Positions 1 through 7,718 of a DNA stretch of 11,348 nt are shown in pieces; positions within the stretch are counted from its first letter, which is position 1, and every line of letters begins with the position of its first letter. A program made the position numbers and the translations under genes. The notes beneath the pieces were generated by a model. It was given only the letters and a program-made list of their open reading frames with translations. It searched no databases and was not told the DNA's origin. The DNA comes from Octopus sinensis. Taxonomy: Eukaryota. The stretch lies in the NCBI RefSeq assembly GCF_006345805.1, contig NW_021827064.1, forward strand, positions 1-11,348. Reading direction: 5' to 3'.

Positions 1-450
1 CATAAAGCATTGATATATGGATTGGACACAGTGATTGATTTTCAAATTTACATAAATCAAGGTTAGTTTAGTCATGGGTACGTATAATGGCTCCTGCTTA
101 GCGAGTCCTATTATTAGAGTATCGATATGCTAATCATTTGCATTATTTATGGTATTATGGTTATTTGAATGACGAAGCGCAGCGCTATCACTTGGTTCAC
201 ATAATTTAATTTACCTCAGTTAAATCTTTTGATATATTCAGCAACATTTAGCGTGGTGGAATATGCCAGGTTTCCAGCCACATTTGAAGCAATGTTTAGA
301 GTAGAGGGGGGGGGGAGGTCAACTACAAAATACAATTACATAATGTTTTTTTTTTTTTACATTTCTGAATTTATTTTTTGGCTAATATTATTTTCGACAC
401 CCTGCTTTACTATTGCCATAACTATTATCCTGTTTAGCCACAATTACAGG

Positions 451-480
451 ATTATTATTGTTGTTGTTGTTGTTGTTGTT
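451..480 (+). repeat. (ATT)3(GTT)7 microsatellite directly abutting a SINE head
   Basis: Read directly from the sequence. Confidence 0.9.
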
Positions 481-816
481 AAGGTGGTGAGCTGACAGGA
501 TCGTTAGCACACCTGGTGAAATGCTTAGTGGTATTTTGTCTGCTACTGCGTTCTGAGTTCAAATTCCGCCGAGGTCGACTTTGCTTTTTATCCTTTCGGG
601 GTCGATTAAATAAGTGCCAGTTACACACTGGGGTTGATATAATCAACCTAATCCCTTTATCTGTCCTTGTTTGTCCCCTGTGTGTGTAGCCCCTTGTGGG
701 TAATAAAGAAATAGGTAATTTGTCTACTACTGCGTTGTGAGTTCAAATTCTGCCGAGGTCAACTTTGCCTTTCATCCTTTCGTTGTTGATAAATTAAGTA
801 CCAGTTGCATACTGGG
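481..816 (+). mobile_element. tRNA-derived SINE, family B: head, body 1 (to 713) and truncated body 2 (714-816)
   Basis: Homologous to 3607-4219. B-box-like GAGTTCAAATTCC at 555-567 and degenerate A-box near 493. The body restarts at 714 after AATAAAGAAATA and stops abruptly at ACTGGG (816). Confidence 0.85.
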
Positions 817-1697
817 TACACTAGGCACATGCATCACCACCATATGTGTGCGACATGGTGATCTCATATGAAAATAAACAGCACATGACCTTGCAGGTGG
901 GGCCCAATTAGAATTTTCTTCTGGTCGAGTAGCCCATCCCGCTCAAAAAGTCCCTGAATAAGGGTTGTTTAAGGATGTTGAACAAACCACACACGTTTCC
1001 AAAGGCGAATTATCCAAACTCCAAAGAATCCTTCTCAACACATGGCTATGATGCTCCCCCACTACTTCTGCTCGTGATCAGAGATGCACAATTCGTTAGC
1101 CACTAAGGGACATGCTCAAACTGGTTAAGGTCAAACAACTGACAAGCAAATCTGTTGTACTGAGCAGAATATTTGCTGTAGCCCATCTTTTATACCAAGA
1201 CAAAACAATGTACATGATAACACTTCCAATCAATTAAGATCAGAAGCCATGAGAGCCACTGCCTGGTACTGCATCAGGGCATTAGAAAATCTGTGGTATT
1301 GAGCAGAATATTTGCTGTAGCCCATCTTTTATACAAGACAAAACAATGTACATGATACACTTCCAATCAATTAAGATCAAAGCCATGAGAGCCACTGCCT
1401 GGTACTGCATCAGGGCATTAGAAAATCTTGGTGGTATTGAGCAGAATATTTGCTGTAGCCCATCTTTTATACCAAGACAAAACAATGTACATGATAACAC
1501 TTCCAATCAGTTAAGATCAGAAGCCATGAAGCCCCTGCCTGTACTTGCAATCAGCATTAGAAAATCTGTGGTATTGAGCAGAATTATTTGCTGTAGCCCA
1601 TCTTTTATATCCAAGACAAAACAATGTACATGATAAACTTTTCAATCAGTTGAGATCAAAAGCCAAGAGCCACTGCCTGGTACTGCATCAGGGCATT
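817..1697. repeat. Unclassified interspersed repeat (family C) ending in a tandem array
   Basis: The 817-1147 portion runs without a break into unit 1 of the array. I recall this as an abundant octopus repeat (unverified). No coding signature. Confidence 0.55.
1148..1697. repeat. Tandem array, 4 units of ~136-139 bp
   Basis: Unit start AAATCT at 1148, 1287, 1423 and 1562. Each unit contains GAGCAGAATATTTGCTGTAGCCCATCTTTT and ends near GCATCAGGGCATTA, with variants. Confidence 0.95.
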
Positions 1698-1769
1698 TAT
1701 TATTATTAATGTTATCAGTATTATTATTATTATTGGGTTGGTGCTTAATTATTGCAGCTTTTTTTAACA

Positions 1770-1982
1770 TACTCTCTCTTTTTCTCTTTTACTTGTTTCT
1801 GTCATATGACTGTGGCCATGCTGGAGCACCGCCTTTAGTCGAGCAAATCGACCCCGGGACTTATTCTTTGTAAGCCCAGTACTTATTCTATTGGTCTCTT
1901 TTGCCGAACCGCTAAGTGACGGGGATGTAAACACACCAGCATCGGTTGTCAAGCAATGCTAGGGAGACAAACAGACACACAA

Positions 1983-2019
<37 letters not shown>

Positions 2020-2181
2020 CATATATACGACAGGCTTCTTTCAGTTTCCGTCTACCAAATCCACTCACAAGGCATTGGTTGGCCCGAGGCTATCGTAGAA
2101 GACATTTGCCCAAAGTGCCACGCAGTGGGACTGAACCCAGATCCATGTGGTTGCTAGGCAAGCTACTTACCACACAGCCAC
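1770..2181 (-). mobile_element. tRNA-derived SINE family A, near full length (head, internal TA/TG microsatellite, tail), lacking ~10 nt at the 5' end
   Basis: Reverse complement of 2885-3266 throughout. Tail (TACTCTC...TTTTACTTGTTTC) at the left end, A-box reverse complement CCACACAGCCA at 2170-2180. Confidence 0.9.
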
Positions 2182-2313
2182 AACAATATTTAACAAAAAC
2201 ATCTCTTAATGACCGTCTGATCATCTGCCAAGCAAATGGGAAGCAATAATTTGAGTTAATGAGATTATGCACCAGGATAATCGTTTAAAGATGTTTTTGT
2301 TAAATATTGTTGT
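2180..2313. repeat. Perfect 25-bp inverted repeat with 84-bp spacer (MITE-like or foldback)
   Basis: ACAACAATATTTAACAAAAACATCT (2180-2204) is the exact reverse complement of AGATGTTTTTGTTAAATATTGTTGT (2289-2313). Confidence 0.85.
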
Positions 2314-2341
2314 TATTGTTTTTGTTGGATAAAATTTTTTT

Positions 2342-2476
2342 CAAACCTGCGATAATTATGCCCCAACCCAAAACCATTATTAGCGTTCTGTGGAGAGTTG
2401 GTACAGGAAATGTGCAATGACGTTCTCGGTGGGGAAACTCTGGATGTCAACGATGATCAGCTAAACAGCCTGTTCG
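2342..2476 (+). pseudogene. Possible highly degraded mariner-type transposase N-terminal (HTH) fragment
   Basis: Two frames give TCDNY...RSVESWYRK and DVNDDQLNSLF. These loosely resemble the mariner motifs ICxVYG..SERTVxRWFxKF and VDDDQLKALV as I recall them. The match needs a stop, a frameshift and a deletion. Confidence 0.25.
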
Positions 2477-2718
2477 GAAGAACTAATTTAAATTAGATGG
2501 TAAACGTTTTTAATTTTCGTTCCTTTTGAGAATTTATCCCTAATTAGTGGTTTGAACTTTAACTGTTCTTTCTAGCGCAAGGCTTTTCTATTTGGAAGCC
2601 TCTTAATGTGTTTTAATGTACACGGTATTTTATATGAATAATATATAGTCTATTGACTCATTTCTTTTTTTGCTAGGCCACTGGTAATAATAATTTCTAT
2701 AATTCTTATTACCCTAAA

Positions 2719-3264
2719 GCGCAGGAGTGGCTGTGTCGTAAGTAGCTTGCTTACCAACCACATGGTTCCGGGTTCAGTCCCACTGCATGGCACCTTGGAC
2801 AAGTGTCTTCTACTATAGCCCCGGGCCGACCAGAGCCTTGTGAGTGGATTTGGTAGACAGAAATTGAAAGAAGCCCATTGTATAGGCGCAGGAGTGGCTG
2901 TGTGGTAAGTAGCTTGCTAACCAACCACATGGTTCCGGGTTCAGTCCCACTGCATGGCACCTTGGGCAAGTGTCTTCTGCTATAGCCCCGGACCGACCAA
3001 TGCCTTGTGAGTGGATTTGGTAGACGGAAACTGAAAGAAGCCTGTTGTATATATGTATATATATATGTGTGTGTATGTTTGTCCCCCTAGCATTGCTTGA
3101 CAACCGATGCTGGTGTGTTTACGTCCCCGTCACTTAGCGTTTCGGCAAAGAGACAAATAGAATAAGTACTGGGCTTACAAAAGAATAAGTCCCAGGGTCG
3201 ATTTGCTCGACTAAAGGTGGTGCTCCAGCATGGCCGCAGTCAAATGACTGAAACAAGTAAAAGA

Positions 3265-3266
<2 letters not shown>
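2719..3266 (+). mobile_element. SINE family A, head-head-tail dimer (heads at 2719 and 2885)
   Basis: A-box TGGCTGTGTGG at 2895-2905 and B-box GGTTCAGTCCC at 2938-2948. The 166-bp head is repeated. Tail ends AAACAAGTAAAAGAGT, followed by (AT)n to 3297. Confidence 0.9.
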
Positions 3267-3298
<32 letters not shown>

Positions 3299-3591
3299 TT
3301 GGTGACCCTGCTGGTGCCACATAAAACAAAGCTTCCAGTCCACACTGTAAAGTGGTTGGCATTTGGAAGGGCATTCTGCCATAAAACCCTTGCCAAAACT
3401 GACCTCACCTGTGCTCTTGCCTGGTAAAAAGCTCGGTCCTCTCTGCTGGGTTGTTGGTGTTAGGAAGGGCATCCATCCATAAAAATCCTGCGAAAACAGA
3501 TACAGTAGCCTGGGGCAGTCTTCTACCTGGCTGGCCCCTATCAAACCATCCAACCCATGCCGGCATGGAATGCAGGCGTTAAACGATGATG
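3299..3591 (+). mobile_element. 3' part of a retroposon (family D) ending GTTAAACGATGATG; RTE-like tail suspected
   Basis: Its last 50 nt (3542-3591) match 11218-11267. An internally duplicated GTTGG..TT.GGAAGGGCAT..CCATAAAA motif occurs at 3354 and 3453. The stem-loop CCATGC/GCATGG lies just before the (GAT)n-type end. Confidence 0.65.
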
Positions 3592-3606
3592 GTATGTGTT
3601 TGCGTA

Positions 3607-4219
3607 AAGGTGGCGAGCTGGCAGAATCGTTAGCACGCTGGGCGAAATGCTTAGCAGTATTTCGTCTGCTGCTACGTTCTGAGTTCAAATCCCGCCGAGG
3701 TCGACTTTGCCTTTCATCCTTTCGGGGTCGATTAAATAAAGTACCAGTTATGCACTGGAGTCTATGTAATCGACTTAATCCTTTTGTCCGTCCTTGTTTG
3801 TCCCCTCTGTGTTTAGCCCCTTGTGGGTAGTAAAGAAATAGGTATTTCGTCTGCCATTACGTTCTGAGTTCAAATCCCGCCGAGGTCGACTTTGCCTTTC
3901 ATCCTTTCGGGGCCGATTAAATAAGTACCAGTTATGCACTGGGGTCTATGTAATCGACTTAATCCTGTCCTTATCTGTCCTTGTTTGTTCCCCTCTGTGT
4001 TTAGCCCCTTGTGGGTAGTAAAGAAATAGGTATTTCGTCTGCCATTACGTTCTGAGTTCAAATCCCGCCGAGGTCGACTTTGCCTTTCATCCTTTCGGGG
4101 CCGATTAAATAAGTACCAGTTATGCACTGGGGTCTATGTAATCGACTTAATCCTGTCCTTATCTGTCCTTGTTTGTCCCCTCTGTGTTTAGCCCCTTGTG
4201 GGTAGTAAAGAAATAGGTA
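3607..4219 (+). mobile_element. tRNA-derived SINE family B with one head and three tandem bodies, flanked by a 16-bp TSD
   Basis: A-box-like TGGCAGAATCG and B-box GAGTTCAAATCCC. Bodies at 3656-3840, 3841-4028 and 4029-4215. ATGATGGTATGTGTTT occurs at 3586-3601 and 4220-4235. Confidence 0.9.
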
Positions 4220-4443
4220 ATGATGGTATGTGTTTATATATTTCTGGTAGCCCGAGAAGATTGATGGGTGTGTATTTCTGGGTGTATGTGTAGAAATGCA
4301 TATCACTGCATGTATATATACACTAACCCACGTATATTCTAACACTGTCACTGTAGGATTGCTCTCAACCTATATACACACACACACACACACACATGCA
4401 TAAGAGGGCTGTGGGTCACTAAACAGAAAGCCCTGCCTCCCAG

Positions 4444-4864
4444 ATCATGCTCAACACCTCCACCACTGCCACCCTCACCTCCACTCTGTGATGTCATATC
4501 TTATCATCATCACCACAACAATCATCATCATCATCATCATCATCGTAATCGTCATCACCATCATCATCACCATCATCATCACCATCATCATCGTCATCAT
4601 TACCATCATCATCATCATCACAACAAACATCATCAGCATCACCACCAGTGTTGTTCTTGTTGGTGCCATCTTCACACTGCCCCCTATTGTCCGACAGACA
4701 TCAACGCAGCATACTTAACTGTCTATTCTCCAGCTCTTCTCCCCATCCGTTCCCCCACCCCCCACCGGTCCACCCACCCACCACCCCCAACATACACAGC
4801 AGCCATCTCTGTTCTGTTTCCTCATGATAAACTGATGAGGGTGTGTTTGTGTTCACATACATGA
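4444..4864 (+). CDS. Speculative exon encoding Pro-rich / poly-His / Cys-rich peptide
   Basis: One frame is stop-free from 4343 to TGA 4862-4864. An acceptor-like CCCTGCCTCCCAG ends at 4443. No upstream start codon and no homology recognised. Confidence 0.15.
4502..4646 (+). repeat. Degenerate (CAT/CAC)n trinucleotide repeat
   Basis: Read directly from the sequence. Confidence 0.95.
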
Positions 4865-4977
4865 ATGTGGTTGGTTGGTTGTGTGTGTGGGTGTATATAA
4901 ATATACACAAATATGTATGTATGTAAATATATAGGTCAGTATGTAATTATGTGTATGTATGCATATATCAGTGTATA

Positions 4978-5096
4978 TACTCTTTACTCTCTTTTACTCT
5001 TTTACTTGTTTCAGTCATTTGGCTGAGGCCATGCCGGAGCACCGCCTCCTTTAGTCGAGCAAATCGACCCCGGGACTTATTCTTTGTAAGCCCAGT
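4978..5096 (-). mobile_element. SINE family A 3' tail fragment, inverted
   Basis: Reverse complement of the A tail, from ACTGGGCTTACAAAG to AAAAGAGTA. Confidence 0.9.
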
Positions 5097-5431
5097 GGTT
5101 TCGGGTTCAGTCCCACTGCGTGGCATCTTGGGCAAGTGTCTTCTGCTAAATCCCCGGGCCGACCAATGCCTTGTGAGTGGATTTGGTAGACGGAAACTGA
5201 AAGAAGCCTGTCGTATATATATATATGTATGTATGTCTGTGTCTGTCCCCCTAGCATTGCTTGGCAACCGATGCTGGTGTGTTTACGTCCCCGTCACTTA
5301 GCGGTTCGGCAAAAGAGACCGATAGGATAAGTACTGGGCTTACAAAGAATAAGTCCTGGGGTCAATTTGCTCGACTAAAAGGTGGTGCTCCAGCATGGCC
5401 GCAGTCAAATGACTGAAACAAGTAAAGAGTA
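5096..5431 (+). mobile_element. SINE family A, 5'-truncated (A-box lost), joined directly to the inverted tail
   Basis: Starts at TGGTTTCGGGTTCAGTCCC and continues through the internal microsatellite and the complete tail. Confidence 0.9.
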
Positions 5432-5459
5432 ATATATCGTTTGAGATGTGACGATATAT

Positions 5460-5507
<48 letters not shown>

Positions 5508-5640
5508 GGGCATGGCTGTGTGGTTAGGGAGCTTGCTTCCTAGCTACATGGTTTCAGGTTCAGTCCCACTGCGTGGCACTTTGGGTAGGTGTCTTCCGCC
5601 ACAGCCCCGAGCCGACCGGAGCTTTGTGATTGAATTCGGA
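5508..5640 (+). mobile_element. Diverged family A head module without tail
   Basis: GGGCATGGCTGTGTGGTTAGGGAGCTTGCTTCC...GGTTCAGTCCCACTGCGTGGCAC, with more substitutions than the other copies. Follows a (TA)n tract. Confidence 0.8.
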
Positions 5641-5711
5641 AGGTGGAAGTTACTGCCGTGTGTGTATGTGTGCGTATAGCTGCTCAGTGCCTCTCCGAAA
5701 GAGAGAGAAGG

Positions 5712-5751
<40 letters not shown>

Positions 5752-5759
5752 CACATACA

Positions 5760-6130
5760 TCTCTCTCTATATAAACGGCAGTTTGTCTGTGTGCGTGTCT
5801 GTGTGTCTGTCAGGTTGTACCCTCACCCTGACCACGGCTTTCAACCGATTCTGATGAAACTTGACACACCCATAGCCCAATGTCATAATTCAAAACTAAC
5901 GCAGCGAAAATTTCGAAAAGTTCCCCCAGTTCTGAAAAAAATCGATAAATTCGACAGGGGTCGGAGAACCAGAAACAAAAACCACAGACTGTCTAGGGGA
6001 CGCAATCGACCTTTTTTAACTCTCAAAAAAATTACCATCATTTTTTTCCCATTTTTGGCTATAACTCTCTAAAAATGCTTATATAGTTATTTCCCTTACA
6101 AACCCGAGCAACGCCGGGCGATACTGCTAG
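5760..6130 (+). mobile_element. Complete non-autonomous Helitron-type element (~371 bp)
   Basis: 5' TC at 5760-5761 preceded by A, and 3' CTAG at 6127-6130 followed by T, with no TSD. GC hairpin CCCG(A)GC-AAC-GCCGGG at 6103-6118, 8 nt before CTAG. A 5' TATATAAA and (GTCT/GTGT) microsatellite are followed by CCGATTCTGATGAAACTTG. Confidence 0.8.
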
Positions 6131-6695
6131 TCTACTATAAACCATTTGGTGCTGTAGAACTATATAGAGTTCAGCTCTTCTCATGCCGGTGGTAGTTCGT
6201 TAGTTCCGTGCCATTCTCTTACCTGATTAATTTATACAAGGACTTTATCTTTCTGCCTCTCCAAAACAATTTAATTGGTCCTAACCCTGTCACCCTTCCC
6301 CTCAAAAGACCCCCTCCTGAATCTCCTGATTTCAACCTACTTACTCTTATCAGACTCAGCACTCTTATGTCAACACAGGTCCCCTAATAAGGGACATCTG
6401 TGATATTTTCTCATCAAACAATTTATCCATTTTATCTCCAAAACTCCTGCATCATACGCTTTGGTTCTGGTTATATTCCTTGGACTGGCCATGCTGGGGC
6501 ACCTCTAGCTCGTTATATTGTCCCCTGTTCTTCTTTAACCGTGTCCCCTATTTCGTTAGGGTGCATATTCGTCTGGGGGTAACATAAACAGTTCCGCCTG
6601 TTCTTTATATAGATTCGTGTAAATAGCACGCTTGCTTGTCCTGTATATACACCCTGCGGCTCATTAACATATGCAGTCACCCTAATATGGGTGTG

Positions 6696-6709
6696 TATAT
6701 ATATATTAT

Positions 6710-6741
<32 letters not shown>

Positions 6742-7160
6742 ATTTCATATAAGCCTCACTTCATTGATGTATGTTTATGTGTGTGTATGTATGTATGTAT
6801 GTATTAATATGCAATTATGTGAGTTTAATTATGTATATATCTATGTATTGTGTGTGTTGTCTGTGAGTGCGAGTATACATATACATTTTTATATATATAT
6901 ATATATATTATATTATATACACACACACATATTAATAAATGAATATACATTACCTGTGTGTTTATATATATATAATATGTGACAATTATTTGGTTACCAT
7001 AATAAAAGTTTTGGATGTCGGGGAGGAAACCTGCACTGGCGTCTCTTCAGTTATCGAGGCAATCAATTATATAATATCGAGGTCCCTTTCATTGTTTTGT
7101 TGTCTTACCATTACTATTAATACATATACATGCATACACACACACATATATATATCCTTG
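6696..7160. repeat. TA/TG/CA low-complexity zone including (TA)n 6696-6741
   Basis: Read directly from the sequence. Other (TA)n or (CA)n tracts lie near 1982-2020, 3266-3297, 4376-4396, 5460-5507, 5713-5746 and 9883-9931. Confidence 0.85.
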
Positions 7161-7298
7161 TTGCTTATTTTTTATCATAATCACCTTATTTTAAATTATA
7201 TGGATAATACCATACAAAATTCTGGTGCCTTTAACTTAAGTACCATATTCATCTGAATCTAAATTTTACTGAACTTATATATATATATATATATATAT

Positions 7299-7537
7299 GC
7301 CATGTTGATTCGCTAGCTTCTGCACGCATATTTTTTTTCTCTCCTTCTTTCTGTGTTTTCTCTCTGTGTATCTTTCTGTTGAAGAGCGTAGGCTCGAAAC
7401 GTAAAAGACTTGTTTTATTTATATTTCCTGAGTGCCATACTAATACAATTGTTTGTTTGTATTCCACCTGCCTTCGTCTTTTGTTTATTTCCATAAACCT
7501 GCCTTCGTCTTTTGTCTATTTTCATAAAGCTTCCTGT
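7299..7537 (+). mobile_element. Penelope-like terminal repeat (pLTR) or retrozyme-like unit between two (TA)n tracts
   Basis: 239 bp bounded by (TA)n at 7276-7298 and 7538-7557. Contains a hammerhead-type core (7371-7408) and a 31-bp direct repeat (7467-7497, 7498-7528). The PLE assignment is inferred from the established PLE-hammerhead association. Confidence 0.55.
7371..7408 (+). ncRNA. Minimal type I hammerhead-ribozyme-like motif with variant core CUGUUGA
   Basis: Stem I TCTTT (7371-75) / AAAGA (7404-08); core CTGTTGA (7376-82) plus A; stem II GAGC-GTAG-GCTC (7384-95); GAAA (7396-99); palindromic ACGT stem III; UA cleavage site (7402-03). Confidence 0.65.
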
Positions 7538-7557
7538 TATATATATATATATATATA

Positions 7558-7718
7558 GCAGGCTTCTTTCAGTTTCCATCTACCAATTCTGCTCACAAAG
7601 CTTTGGTCAGCCCGAGGGTATAGTAGAAAACACTTGCCCAAGGTGCCACGCTTGTGACTGAACCTGGAACTACGTGGTTGGGTAGCAAGCTTCTTACCAC
7701 ACAGCCACTCCTACGCCT
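7558..7718 (-). mobile_element. Family A head module alone, between (TA)n tracts
   Basis: Reverse complement of the head from AGGCGTAGGAGTGGCTGTGTGG to GAAAGAAGCC. No tail is adjacent. Confidence 0.85.

Noticed and set aside
215-322. Minus-strand 108-nt segment with acceptor TTGTATTTTGTAG and donor GAG|GTAAAT
   Set aside because: All three frames contain a stop. The best frame (DLPPPSTLNIASNVAGNLAYSTTLNVAEYIKRFN*) ends just before the donor, and I recognise no homology.
481-3705. tRNA gene calls for the SINE heads
   Set aside because: A/B boxes are present, but there is no canonical 7-bp acceptor stem or anticodon arm, and each head continues into a repeat body.
1148-4215. CRISPR-like reading of the tandem arrays at 1148-1697 and 3656-4215
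   Set aside because: Units are 136-188 bp head-to-tail repeats with no unique spacers, there are no cas genes, and the context is eukaryotic.
4475-4718. Met-rich (minus) and Ile-rich (plus) ORFs
   Set aside because: Trivial readings of the (ATC)n/(GAT)n microsatellite.
6215-6345. Strong minus-strand donor CAG|GTAAGA at 6223/6222
   Set aside because: No pyrimidine-rich acceptor upstream; the only open frame is closed by TAG after about 38 codons.
6374-6402. Imperfect hairpin CACAG-GTCCC..GGGAC-CTGTG, and another at 6151-6175
   Set aside because: Short stems with bulges, expected by chance in 11 kb.
7020-7055. CTGAAGA on the minus strand as a second hammerhead; also CTGATGA at 4832 and 5851
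   Set aside because: None is followed by a stem II and GAAA in the right order.
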